In this document: positions 11,992 through 25,140 of the stretch, piece after piece | Layout: each line of letters starts with the position of its first letter | Numbering within the stretch: position 1 is the first letter of the stretch | Source of the DNA: Fimbriosthenelais zetlandica | Lineage: Eukaryota | DNA length: 64,000 bases | Assembly: GCA_977030845.1 (NCBI GenBank) | Contig: OZ365118.1 | Coordinates: 2,790,001 to 2,854,000, forward strand | Direction of reading: 5' to 3' | The notes under the pieces: model-generated | What the model was told of the DNA's origin: nothing | The model's input: the letters and a program-made list of their open reading frames with translations, nothing else | The model's database searches: none | Translations under genes and position numbers: made by a program

Positions 11992-12685
11992 ATAGTTATT
12001 GAATAGTAACATTAGTGTCCTCACAATGCAAGGAATGCATCCAATGATGAATGTGAATACTCTCATGTTGAGCTATTTTATTAGTTTTTATATTGAATCA
12101 ATGCGTTATTATCTCCCTCGTCCTATTGAATACATATCAACCTTTACTTTGGGAGTAAATTGAGCAATTGTATAGATGGAAAATAAGATTGATCATATTA
12201 CAAATGAACAAACATATGAGGTGAATGGAGAACCCTAACCTGAAAACTCATCCTCCATTGTCCCTCTGTGCGTTCTTTAAGTATTATAAGTATTGTTGCA
12301 GTATATTAAGAAGAGATGTAATTGTTATTTCTATCACTTGATACATATATAATACGGGTGCTCTATGAATTCAGTGACTCATGTTGCACCCACTGCCTTT
12401 TTTCACCTCTGATTTCGCCGCTAAAGGTCACAGATTATGCTCTCATTATGCTTCTAAAGCTGACAGATTATGCCGCAAAAGGTGACAAGATTTCAGTAAT
12501 GGCTCCTCAGAAAGTACAGAGAGCAGACTTCTCGCCTTTAACAATAGGGGTTCAGCCTGTTTATTGATGCTGGCTTTACACTGCCTTTCCCGCCTTAGGC
12601 TTGCCTTAGATTACGCCAGTAAAAGCTTTTCTGTACTCGGGGTGTTTCAGTACATCGTCCTAGCAGGTCTGTTTCTGTCTCTCAC

Positions 12686-12972
12686 TCCTGGCTAGTGGGT
12701 GTCGACTCCAGGCACTGCACCAATCCCTCTGAGACCTCCACCAAGCTTGGAGAGGAAACCCTTAAATCCATAGAGAATTCCTCTAAGGCCTTAAGGAAAG
12801 CAAGCGTGCCTCGCTTTGCCAAAAGCAAACCCGGGACAATATTCCAGGCTGAAGTCAGAAAAAAAGTGGACCGCCCTGAGCGATTTGTATGCATCGACTC
12901 CGCGCCTGCCGATTGACTCTGGACCAAACGCGGCAATCCCACGATGCGGGTTTCGTCCATACTTACAAGGAA
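12686..12972 (-). CDS. Splice-bounded 287-nt open frame (FLVSMDETRIVGLPR...ESTPTSQE), identity unknown
   Basis: Acceptor gtcctccag (12974-12973), donor GA|gtgaga (12685-12680), locally CpG-rich. Confidence 0.15.
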
Positions 12973-14539
12973 CTGGAGGACATGATAGCTGGTAATTTAT
13001 CGAACTGTCTGGAACAAGCCCTCCGCTCTAGATCCCCATGGCCTGTATCGATAGGGGTGAGTGACCACTATAGAGGAGTAAGGGCTGGCTTAGGTCCAAG
13101 ACTGACCAATGTCACTGCCTCCAAGGTATGTCTCAGATCAGCAGATGGCAATTCTGTGCAGAGTTTAGCAACAGATTTCTGCAGATATTGCTCTGGACAT
13201 TCACTTTTACTGGTGAAGAATTCAGGAAGATTCTCCTCCAGAATGCTTTACAACTTTAGGTCATTTCAACAGTTTCCCAGCTATTTCACTTTAAATACAA
13301 CAAAATCCAGTTCCACTAGTTGCGTTTAGAACTAAATCCAGGAGAATAAACTTTAGTTTCTAGATGATTTCTACCCATTAAACTACCTATTCAAGCGCCA
13401 CCTCAGTGCTCGCTAACCACATCAGCACAGAAGGTGTTGAGTTGGTTTGGTGAGAGTCATATGTCCTTCTCCCACCCCCTGTCACTTCACACATCCACAA
13501 GCTAAGCGTGTCATTATTCAGCTGTGGACATTGTCATGCCTGGCATACATAAGTGGGTAGGGCTGGTGGAGGTGGGTGAAGCTGGTATAGGAGAACCTAT
13601 AGATGCTGTCACCGCCCCACCACCTACCACACCACCTCATGTCTGGATACCTTTGTATGGATTGGATACCTTTGTATCCATACACACAACTGCCTACCCT
13701 TGTCCCCACAAGAGTCTGCTTTAATTGACACCTTTAGAATGTCTACAAGCAAGCTGCAAAACTGCTGCTATTTGAACCTCAGATCAAAATCAATTTTTTA
13801 CTTGAAATTCATAAAAGATGCTTTCCTGACCGTTACAAGGTTGTCCCATAGAAATCCATTATAGGTCCTTAAGACCTTGCCTCACTTTCAACCCAAATCT
13901 AATCCTTTCTTAGGAAATGTAGACGAATAAGCTAGCCTCCCATGTCGATACTTATCCAGACTTGAGATCTATCCACCAGCCCTGTCCCTGCTGAACCATG
14001 GCCTGTCTCTATCTCTGTCTGTCTCGACATGATATTCTCGATTATAAGCTTGACTGGCCTTCCTCAAATAGACTATACTAGATGGTATAGAGCCCTGGAG
14101 GGTGATTCCAGCTGAGGTATGTTGGTAGACTAGCTCTCCCTAATTCCAACCAGTAATGAGACATTACATCTAATACCCCAGACAACTCTTTACTTACATA
14201 GCCCCTGTATTTCCCATCAGTTCATAATTCTTCCCCTCCATGTCAAAGACCATGAGGCTTGATGGGAGACTTGAAAATCAGTGAAACCACCATCCACCAA
14301 TGTTATCCTCCCATACTTTAAATTTTCATGTAAAAACCTTTCACTTTTCATGTAAAAACCGAATCTTGTCATTCACTAAAATCCTATCAGGCATCAGTCT
14401 CCCAAATCATGTCAGTCCTCAACTCATGTCAGTTCACCATTTGCCTCCGATCCTCCCCCCATCGGGGATCCATGCCATGAAAAATCCCTGCCCTGCGATT
14501 ACTCTGAGCAAATCCTGACACCTACTTCAAATGTGATGG

Positions 14540-14850
14540 ACGATGATTGACAGCTTACATTAAAGTTTCATCTCATGATTCATTGCAGTTCCTCAATCCC
14601 GATCAGTTTTTTTGATTTACCGACCAGAAAAGTTGTAATTGTGTGGGAGGGGCTGGGATACTGGTAGATGTATGTGACCGGCTTTGTATGGTCAGAGTTG
14701 TGTATGAGTCGGGAAGCTGTGCATATTTGGAGGCTTGGAGAATAAATCTGACCAGATGAATGGTGATCGGGTGTAGCAGCAGGCAGCCCGGGTATTGAGA
14801 TGGAAGCCTTCTCTATACTGAAGCATGGTGATTGTGTCTCCCTCATCTCC
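14540..14850 (-). mobile_element. Decayed L1 endonuclease C-terminal fragment
   Basis: Translation ...HSSGQIY...IHNSDHTKPV resembles the H.SRIDY...SDH.PV motif; downstream tgaaactttaatg resembles WKLN. Confidence 0.28.
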
Positions 14851-15771
14851 GCTTCTATTTGATGTGGCTGATGTTAAAAAAAAAACAGGTCAATGAGCTC
14901 TCAGAGAATCTAACAAGACTGTCCCAGCCTGGGATTATAAGGCAAGTACAGACTGTACCGGCATCCATCCGACGCAAGGCTGTCTCATTTAGGGATTAAG
15001 CCAAGTTTAGACTATACCAGCATCTCTCCCATCGATTGCCTATAGTCTGTTGCTTTGTGGCTTGTAGTTGCATATGCTGATGAGGCACCAAGGAGTTGAT
15101 CAAATGTATTATACCATTCTAATGCCCGCTTTGAAAACCACTGTGAATTAGTGTTACAAAGCACTAGGGTAAATTTACTTGCTAATAGTTAATCATTCGT
15201 TATCTGGCTCATAGGGATTAGAGCGTACATATGGCCTTGAACTAAATATAGAAACAATAGACAAAGACGGATCATCCTTAATATAGTCGGTAGACAATGC
15301 TACTTTCCCCAGAACACGTTTTACAACTAATTGCCAGGACTTGCTTACATAAGCTATCCATGAATAATGCCAGAGACTGAAGGGAGGGAAGATACATCTA
15401 AATGCTTACATGGACTGACTACCTTGTTTAATCAGTTTAATTTTATTGATTTCATTTTCTTCCGAGTTCCCATAGAAAGAAAAAAACCTTGACAATTGGA
15501 CCTGCATGTGTAGTTAAAACCATACTATACTTTCCAATGAGCAATTCGATTTTGAATGCCGTCATGGCTATTGAATTGTGCTGACTTGGCCTGTGATAGG
15601 TGGTTAATCTTGGTGGACCACATTTACCCATAGCTGGCTGAAGCTTCCACTGACCACCACGTATGCCATACATGTCCCCCATCACTGACTCCACTGTCTC
15701 CTCTGGTCCTCTCATCTCCCTCCATTACCCCCCCCCCATCCTACATGTTCCCCTCTACCTGGCCCTTTATA

Positions 15772-15803
15772 CCCCCACCCCCCCCCCCCCCCACCCCTCC
15801 CCA
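15772..15803. repeat. Poly-C tract
   Basis: Directly visible. Confidence 0.9.
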
Positions 15804-16123
15804 GTCAGGTAAGCAGTTTTCTGTCGCCCATTATGTCTATTGATTGAAGTCTTTGATCACACTGGGCAAGGTGCATACTCCTTGGACTTGTGCCATCCTA
15901 CAGCAGCCGAAAGTGGGAGAAAAGGTTGAGGGGTGCAGTAAAAAGGATAGGAAAAGAGAAGAGCTAGTGGGAGTAGTGGGAGAAAAGGCTGGGAAGGTCA
16001 GTAGAAAGCATGGGAAGAGAGGGAGAAGAACTAGCAACAGGGAAAGAAATGAGAGGAAGAACAGAAGCTAGTTCTGCTCGGCTGTCCACAAGTCCCTCCT
16101 CTTCTCCGTTTTTGTACACTCAC

Positions 16124-16201
16124 TCTCCCATGAATGATGGCTATTTTGGGAGGAGATAATCTCCACATTTTCATCAATATCTCAATATCCCGTCCCTCCA
16201 C
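16124..16201 (-). CDS. Candidate 78-nt exon (VEGRDIEILMKMWRLSPPKIAIIHGR)
   Basis: Acceptor aggtttcag, donor AGA|gtgagt, length a multiple of 3, one open frame. Confidence 0.15.
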
Positions 16202-17199
16202 CTGAAACCTGATCATTTCATGTTAATTTAGTGAATGATATCAAGCCCCGCATCCATTAATTTGCCCATCTAATTCTGGACATTATGAAGTACCTTGTAA
16301 AGGCTTCTACTCTGACATGATTAGTACTGTAATTAGTTATCAATGGGCCATCCCTCCTGCCATTGTTCACCGGAAATGTGAACCTGTTACATTTGATTAA
16401 AACAAGTTAAATGCAATCATTTGATAGACCCGATCCTGCCAGTCTTCTACTCCTGTTCCCCACTCTGTTATTTAGTTGGCCAGCTTTAGAGGTTCTTATT
16501 TTCAAATCACTATCCAGTGACAACCTTTGTCACATTAAGCTCTCCGACTAATGGACTTTAAATCCACGTCAAGCCAAACATATATGGTTACGCAGGTTAA
16601 TTTACACACATTTAATTTTCACACCCAATTAAAATCCAATAAATGTTTTACATCTCGGCGCGTTTTAAGGTATTTTGGTAACAATATATTTCGTTGGGTT
16701 TCCTCCTAGTAACCTGCATCCATGCACTTGAATGTGTCAACAAGTGTAACGTACAAAAATAGGTTGATACACAATATACTTTGACCCAGAAAGAGAACCT
16801 AAAGTATTACATCGGATGTAGGCCATTAAGGGATGTACGAGTCGAAGAAACACTAGAGAAAATGTATCATTTTAATTATGAAGCAATCTTGTATTTATAG
16901 TGTCAGGTATTAAGGTATACTTAGGAAATGAAATGACTCGGTGTTAATGCTTAGCCTCATGTCTCAATTAGTCTTGGAATGTCTTTATAATACAATGTCA
17001 TAACATAGAGGATCTTAAATTAATATTATTTTACTCCCGTCCCTAGCTTAGCCAAAGCATAAGAAGTATAATATCCCATCGTTCATTATCTTAATAATTA
17101 ACATCTAACTATAAAAAGCTCATGATAAAATTCCTAGTGATAATCATTTTGAATTGGTCCTGAATATGCAGTTAGATCTGTGTGTATGAGAGAGGCCCA

Positions 17200-20100
17200 T
17201 TGAGGCCTGAAAAAGGCCCATCCCGCTAACAGACACCCAGTGAAGGTAAAAGCAGGATTAATATTGCACCGTCACGAGTATCCCCCGCTCCAGATCCCAT
17301 TGCCAATCCCAACTAAAACAAAACCTCTTTTTACCCAACTTATTAGAAGTTTTCACTCCTCCATCGATACCCTCATCCCGCAGCATTTCCCCTCACACCT
17401 TGACAAATGAGTTGGGAACAATGTTAAGACAATGGTGATAGCGAACCTAGAGGGACTCGTACAAGAAGCAGTATATTGAAAAGGGGCAATGTATATGGCT
17501 CCCTAAACGCAAGTTTAGACAAGGCAAAGCACTCCTAAAAAGACCAAAATCCATTTGAGAGCGGGCCCAGTGTAGATCACTTCTACCGGGATGATAGCAT
17601 GTCCTCTCATGCTTGGAACATATTTACTTTTCCTATAAATGTAAAGATGATGATGCTTGTCTGGTACAAACTTTAAAAACCTCCCCGAGGCCTGGGATCA
17701 GAATTACTCACTAGGCTTTAGACTGAAGCATCTAAATTCCAGGCTTCATCTTTGTGCTTTAAAGTGTAATGATTACAGTTTAATTTATGGGAGGAAGGCC
17801 TGGTTGTAAACACAGCGTCTAGTCTAGGCTAGAAGATCATTACTTAAAGTATTTGTTGAGAGAGGTCGGAGCCAGAGCTTGGCGTTTCTTAGTCTAGTTC
17901 TCCTATCAAGGCCTTGCAGGCTGATGGTCTGATACCTTTGGCCCATAACGCAGCCTTCTCTACATGGCCGCATAAGCAGACATTTTGTCCCTCGTTTGTC
18001 GGCCATCTTGATGGATCATTAGCTGTTCCATCATTCTCTTTAATGATTATTTTTCTTGGAGTGGGTGAATGTTTAAACATCGTGGACCATGCATCAGCCC
18101 AATGTCCTGACAACAATGTTATTCATCTGCCGATAGATGGGGGGCCTTGTCGTGAAGCCCATCTTCACCGATAATAGAAAAGTCCTGTTCTGGGAAAGCT
18201 CCATGACAGATTATGCCTCCTTCTAAAAGGTGCCTTGAAGTGCGTACCGCTAACAGTACCCCACACCATGTTTTCCATCGATAAATCACTGGTACTCCAC
18301 GAAGGCCACACCTTGACAGTTAGCAAGTACGTGGGGCTGATACTTTAGACCCGTGGCGCATTGCCCTTAATGTGAACAATTGGCCATCGGCCGACAAGTC
18401 ACTCCATGCTCTTCAATTTTATTGTCAATAGGAGTTACTTAATGAAATTATGGTCACTGTGTGTGGGGTTGGAGTGACAGGGGGCTGCTCAGACTCTGAG
18501 TGATTGGTCTCCAATGGGTAAAGAAGATCATTTATCACCCATTCTAGAGCCTCAATCGCCATGATATGCATTTCATATGAACAAACAATGGGCAAGATTC
18601 TACCAACTGGTTCTACTACCAAACAGTCACTGTGCTGGTATGTTATAGGACAGAGATATCCAGCACCCAACATTTTGGTGATCACTTTTAGTTCATTTCT
18701 CTTCATCTCTTAAATCAAATTCCTTTGTGATGTAACCAGTTTGCTGAGTCACGAACAGTCATTCTACATTTTGATGTGTTGCTGTAAATATTCCCAGGAA
18801 ATCTTTACTTTTATTGATTGAATACAAAACAAGTGAAGGTAATTGGTTCTTTTAGATCTTTAATCGGACTAGCCATGTTAGAGTCCCAGCTTAGAGCACG
18901 TAGACTGAGAACCTCAAACTCGTGAGAGATTAAATTTCTTGTTTTATTTTGAGATCGTTTATTTCCCGGGGGTATTTATTATATTAATTAATTACTTGAT
19001 TAATTAAATGAGGAAAAATGAACCGGACTCAAGATGGAGAGGCACAGCAGTTCCCTTTTGAATTAACCTAGAAAAGTTTGAATGCAATTCAGACGATTTA
19101 TTCAACTTGAGCAGGACTGAGAAGCTCCTGCTATTGGACTGTTAAAGTTGTTTCCCCCTTAAAGCCTACAATATGTGAAAATAAGGCTGATTTGAGCCCA
19201 GGCAATAGTAGCAACTGTTACAGAGTTTACGTTCTAGCCAGGTCTGTTTTATGCAAATAAAAGACCACAAATTGCTTCACGTCTGCTGAATAGGCGAGTG
19301 ATTTTGGGGCTTTGCTTCCTCAATTGCAAAGGCCTTTATTGGTGAATGAAGGCACGCTCAGGCCTTACATTTCAACCACTCTATTCAAGTCCCAACCTGG
19401 CCAAGGCAATTGGATATGAAGGTAAAATCCATTTTTCATTTAACTTTTTTCTGCTAGGCTTTAGATTGAGTAGTGTACCATCGTATTATTAGGGTTTTTG
19501 AAAGGCAAATGTATGCTGGATTGAATGCTGCTAGTATTTTGATCGGAACATTGTGTGCATACATGTTTGCTAAAAGAAAAGTTGTTCATAGAACAAGGGT
19601 TTTCTTAGGGCTTTCACTACGCTTATATTTAAATAAATAATTGATGTACGCTGCTTGTTAAAGGATAAAGGAAATTTGATCTAAATAGGTCTTATTTTGA
19701 ACAGCGGGCTTGCCTTTAAAATGCATTTCCATGATGAACATCCCAGATGCAATAGAGACAAAAACAAAACAAATAATACATTTTCCATACTACGTCATTA
19801 ATAGAACAATTTGCCTTCAAACAATCACCAAATCTGATTTCAATTATGAAATTGGCACATTTACAATTAGCATCAAAGTGTGCAAGACATGCCAAACCTC
19901 AAATCATCTCCTGAATTAAAAAAAATGCAGAGGATTATCAGAATTCTATTAAGGAATTACATCTTGATTTTAGCATGGCTCTGGCACCTGTATAGTAAAG
20001 TAAGTAAGGGAGCTTATAGAGGCTTGTCTCGCTCACTGTGAGAGAGTGCATGTCTACGGCACGAGCTGCTCTCACAGTCATGGTGTGAGCAGTACAGCAC

Positions 20101-21600
20101 CACCTCAAGGTGAAATAGATCAGATAAGGCGATTGTCCCTCCACCCTTCTTAATAATTCAGCTTTATGTTGTGTGAGGGGTGCCCCCTTTACCCAGCCCT
20201 GACATATATGTCCCCCTTAGCTCCACATGACTGTTGCTTCCCCTTGTTCAAGCCATTGCTATAGGTCACCGTGGGCCTGCTAAAACCACCTCCCTGTCTT
20301 TATTTCACGAGCTTGTCTCTTTGCAATTTCAATCTCGCAAATCCTGGCTGCATTTGTGTGTCGTAGAGAGGTGCTTGGTGCATTGGTGAGTGGAAGTCTT
20401 CCCCTCTGTGGGTTCTGTGTCTATATGCAATGTGATCTTTTTGTACTGCTCCATAGCAATACATGCCAATACAGAGATTCTAGAGAAAGAATAAGCCATT
20501 TTATGTCCTTTCCTTCTCGAACATTAGAAAAGTTATAGGTTGGAGACATCTTCAGTTGAGAGAATATGATTTGCTGGATCTTGGAAAGGCATGTAAGTCA
20601 ATTGAGAGTCAAAGCGCTGTATATGTAGTCGCTGCTTGTATGAATTACTCATCTGGGATTGAGTCTTCTATTCCTATTAAATGTACTTCAAAGGTTCTGA
20701 CTTAGGACGATCGCTGTCTGCTCTAGACTGAGTAGAGAGGATTTGTCTAATAGGTCTGGTCCCTTAAGTGTCTTAATTGTCATACAGAGCTGCCTCTACA
20801 TCCACCGTACATTTTCTAAATTGCTAGAATGTCTTAGATGCCTGACATGATATTCTAGAATCTTCCGCTGTATATCTCTGCCTTGGAGATGGTTTTAAGT
20901 GGAGGGATTATGGGAGATGTCGCTGAGGAAAGTTTAATATCTTCTCCACACACAGAGAAGGTGTTATGGAAAAGTAGCTTTGCTCTCCTAGTAACTCCAG
21001 TGCATCCTTCTTTTTCTACAAAGGCTGGATTTCCTCCACTCGGCAGCAGCAGCCTCGGCTAGACATAGCCTTTATCTTCTTAAGCAGCAAGATGTTGTCA
21101 TTGGTGGGATGCCTGCTGGTAGATAAGGTAACCAAGGGAACATATAGCCTCCAAGCAAAGACAAGTCAGGCAGTGAGAGACAACAAGCGGAAGTCCACAC
21201 ACAGCCTGGTATTGAGAGCCTCCAGCGGGGCGAGGTGGAACTAATCACAGAGGATGTGCTCTTACAGATTTGTCGTGGCACAGTGCTTCCCTTGTTGAGC
21301 AATTGGTGGCACTGTCACATAGAGAAAGTGGCACTTGGGGGCGCCACCTATATCATAACCTCTCCCACAAATGCCATAGTTTGTCGCTATATATAAGGCC
21401 CGGAATCTGCTCTGTCCGGGATTTTTTATTTGTTTCTATGGAAGGCGCATGTGAGGAGGGGGTGGGGCATATATATAGGCCCTTTATTCTATGTTATCTG
21501 TTGATAAGTGATTATATAAGCGGGCTCGGGGATTCAAGATGTGGAAGACATCAGTCCTGTGTGAAAACGGGGGCAGTTTTGGCCCCAAATTACCAAAAAC
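17200..21600 (-). mobile_element. Large decayed L1-clade LINE ORF2 remnant (endonuclease end, RT, C-terminus)
   Basis: Ordered motif relics on the minus strand: SDHAPI-like (21319-21301), PRWRL (~21225), EGKD/RISVL (~20500), QPGF (~20345), AE...RVE...YL (~20150), RQ...S...F...EP (~20020), GDDL (~19905), TYLDQI (~19685), IK...Y...LII (~19510), then W...W/C..C-like relics at 17.3-18.1 kb (weaker). Confidence 0.55.
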
Positions 21601-22379
21601 CATCTCTGAAATTCACTTGGGTCCACACTTGGATAGATGATAAAAGTTTTAGGAGGCTCATTTGCAAAGTGCCCACCTGGACTTGCAGGTTTCGCTGAAT
21701 GCTATAGATAGCCTTACAGCTACAGGTAAAGTAAAATGAATCCTCCCCGGGACAATGTGGGTGTCAGTCTCACTCTATTTGCCTATATTAAAAGGGGAAT
21801 CTTGTAACAAATAGGTTTTTGTTAATATGGGCAATATGGCTCCTTCTGATGAATCCAATGCTGTTATGCATTGGAAGGAGAGAGAAAGATATTTTTATCC
21901 ATCTAATATTATCTAAATATGGCCTTCCAGATTGTCAGATTCATTTCCTTTGCTCTTTCTGGGATCAAATCTTGGGTCAGCAAAAACTGTGGGCTGTAAT
22001 CAATAAACCAAATATCTGTGGGCATACACCTGCGCGGAATCATTGCTCGGGGAATATGGTCTCTCTGTTTTTTGTGTGGAAAAGCTCCCATCGTTTTATA
22101 TCACCCACATAAATATATACAGAAGCACGCTTGTTGCCCATTGTTCGTGATTTATCTTAATGCCTATATTGCATAAATACAGTATTTTTATTGCATCTAT
22201 ATTAGAGTTTAAATGTCAGTGGAACAGCATATTGCACTTAGCATCTTATTGTTTTCATGTTTTTTATAATAGTTATTTTCTCTGCCTTGATGATGAGTGG
22301 GACCAATATAATCTCATCATTTAAGATGGGTGCTGAATCCTGATACAGGATCAACTGACGATGGACTGGGTCCAGAACT

Positions 22380-22620
22380 TTACATGCTCAGTTGCCTACA
22401 TGAATTATACATTGTACATAGGCTTGACCTTAGCTCCCAAACCCTGCATCAAATTCCCATCTCGCTAGTGGCTGTCCCTCTGACACCAGGACCTTACAAG
22501 TGCGGACTGTACAGAAATATGTATGGTCAAATCCCAGGGAAGTGGGCCAATAGACTAATATCATTGCTTATCTACTTGCAATTGAAAATAGGATCTTCAG
22601 ATTTACTCATCCGGAGTCTG
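22380..22620 (+). mobile_element. Decayed L1 3' fragment
   Basis: ELYIVHRLDLSSQTLHQIP resembles E.QYKILHR.Y.TP..LH.I.P. Confidence 0.4.
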
Positions 22621-24349
22621 AACCAGGAATAGATCGAAATAATTACCTCATTATTTTGAAAATTGAGATTTTGCTAAGGTCCATCTCCAACCTGTGTCAA
22701 AAGTATTATCGATGAAGCATTTGTAAAACCAAGAAAATGGTGTTTTAGAACTTAGATTGTGACTTTTTGAAACTTTGAATGTGACTTTTCATTAGGTTTA
22801 ACCATGTATAAAGCTGTATCTAGAGCTCGCATGTTATTTGTCCAGGTATGGAGGAGTGAGGTGTTATCAGCTTCACCATGCTCTCTCTCTCCATACATGA
22901 CCAGGCCACCCAGTGTCAGGACACCAGAATCAAGGCTAAGTGAATCAAAATATCATCTACCCACGACTAGATTCAATCTACCTGTATTAATAGACTAATC
23001 TAATAACTCCCTCCTACCTATATATACCACTCCTCTCCTTATATCTCAGCAATAAATATATGAAACTTATATATATGTAATCTTTAGACATTAATATGAT
23101 ATTTTAAAGTGAAAAAACTTCACCGAAACACTCAGAAGTTTTGTTGTGGATTTTGGGACAATTTTGAGTCAGGCTTATGAATAAACTGCGATATTTGTTA
23201 GCGGGCCTGGTAAATGTTTCCAACATAAACACTTCATATCGACTGAGAGAAAAATACCTCCCAAAAAATGGATGTGTTTATTTTGAGATGAGGAATTTGT
23301 AAGGAGACGTTGAGATTGATGGATGATACGGGGCCAGATCTCTCAATGATCTCTGTATATTGTATCAGGCAGAATAATGACCCGCTCTCTACTTGCCAGA
23401 CTTGTGAGCGTGATAGATAAGTGTGTAGCCATAGTGGGCCTGAGCTCAGGCTTAACCTGCCCAACGCAGCAAGTATACATCAAGCTGCTTAATATACGAC
23501 CTCACTGTTAAAATATATCCCTTCAAATCCTCCTCTGCATATAGATGTAGTGAGCTGGTCTCCTGATGTTTTAGGGCTATTTTCCGCCGAGCCTGAGCCT
23601 TGCATGGCGTATAATACAAAGGCTGAATGGTAAGACCATGCTTGAATTACTATGTGAAATACGCATGCCACCGCGGAACAAGACAACTCACAGTCGCACA
23701 CTTTGATGCCTTATATTCCTGCTTTCTTACACTAAGATATAAATGTTTGATGTGGAGAGGATAATTCTTTCATACATGAAACAAAGGACAATCAGTTTGA
23801 TTGTATTTCACAATGAAATTCCCCCCCTGTGTAATGGATCATGAAATTTGTGATAAATTATATAGAAAGGATGGTTTATTACATTGAAATGACTTAAAAT
23901 TTCTTCTTGGTTGTTTCCCATAAATTGCCTGATTCCGAAGCAGAATGATGTCAATCTTTGTAAAGTCTTTCAGAACCTTCAATGGCTGCGTGTTTTTACA
24001 ATGTGCCGGCGAATATCAAGTCTAAAACTATTACCTACCCACATCTTTTTGTACGGTATCAAACACAACAAAGAACCTCATTTAATCGAGATTTATCTCG
24101 GGAAGTGCAGACCGAGGGAATAGAAATTAATCTTTAAAACTGGATCTTTGGCCAAAACAAAGGTCCCTCTAGTGCGTCCCATACTCGTTACATAAATCAG
24201 GCATGCCCACTGGGAGACGTATGTGCGCATGCCCAGGTCCCTGTCTCTCTCTCCTCTTCCGCTGACTTGAGGAGAGACGGGCCGGACCGTTGCTGTGCAG
24301 TTTCCAAGCCTTCTTTTATTGAACAGACACAAAGGTGGAAGGATGGCTT

Positions 24350-25140
24350 CACTAGGATGGCTTCACCAGAAAAAAAACACTCCATTCTCTCATTAAATGC
24401 TGTAACAATAGAGCCCACAGTGCTAATCCCACGTGCATTCCACCAGGGGCGCTGACCTGCCAAGCCTTACTATATGCTAATGAATGGCCCCGATGGAAAT
24501 CAGTATTAAAAGAGCCCTCTGATAAAAGCTTCCTTAGAGTTTTTAAGGTGGAACACTTCACATAGAATTGGTCATACACTAATAAGGACCAGTCCTCAGA
24601 ACAAAGAGACTGCTGGCCCCCACTAAGATGTTTTTTCATTCTCCCATGATAGGGCCTTATGCCTGCCTGCGTGTTTTTTCACTAAGCAACCGTGCCTACA
24701 ACGTTATGGATACTTTTATGAAGCATATGGGACACGGGACAGACTAAATGACATGTGACAAAAACCATTAATTCCCCGATGATGTAGGTTTATTCCATTA
24801 AGATGATCGTCCTGCTTTCAATGGGATTCCCCAGTCCCTTAACAACAATTCTTTTAGATACTATTACAGAAGTGTCCTAAGAGTCTAGAAGAGGAAATCT
24901 AATGAACAATTTATTTCGCCTTGTTTAAAAATTAAGAGGAATTCACATACAGACACATATTTCCTTTCATTTGAAGAAATTACATTTCTTTGCGTATAAG
25001 TTTTAATAATAGAAGCCTGGATTGATTGGCATGTTCCTATGAGGGAGGAATGCTTGCCTGTACTTCTCGGGTGTATTCGCTCCCACTGGTAATCTAGTAG
25101 AGGAAGAATCTGGCTTGTCTCAGGGGGGAATCTCATCGCC
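24350..25140 (-). mobile_element. Decayed L1 3' ORF2 fragment
   Basis: DYQWERIHPR (FIW...PR-like), then CSEDWSLL...KTLRKLL...SKAWQV...G..H..LW, matching the EDW, YKLL and CWRC..GT..HIW order. Confidence 0.45.

Noticed and set aside
16124-16201. Resemblance of ILMKMWRLSPPKIAIIHG to the TRPM MHR1 segment
   Set aside because: Few identities and no other TRPM exons found.
17712-17722. Minus-strand 11-nt microexon-like pattern (gatgcttcag...gtgagt)
   Set aside because: Not frame-preserving and inside the L1 remnant. Kept as a reminder that such patterns arise by chance.
19458-19469. Another plus-strand 12-nt pattern (ttttttctgctag-GCTTTAGATTGA-gtagtg)
   Set aside because: Non-consensus donor and within the L1 RT relic.
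24440-24454. CTCF-like ccaccaggggcgct
   Set aside because: One G short of the consensus spacing and inside an L1 remnant.
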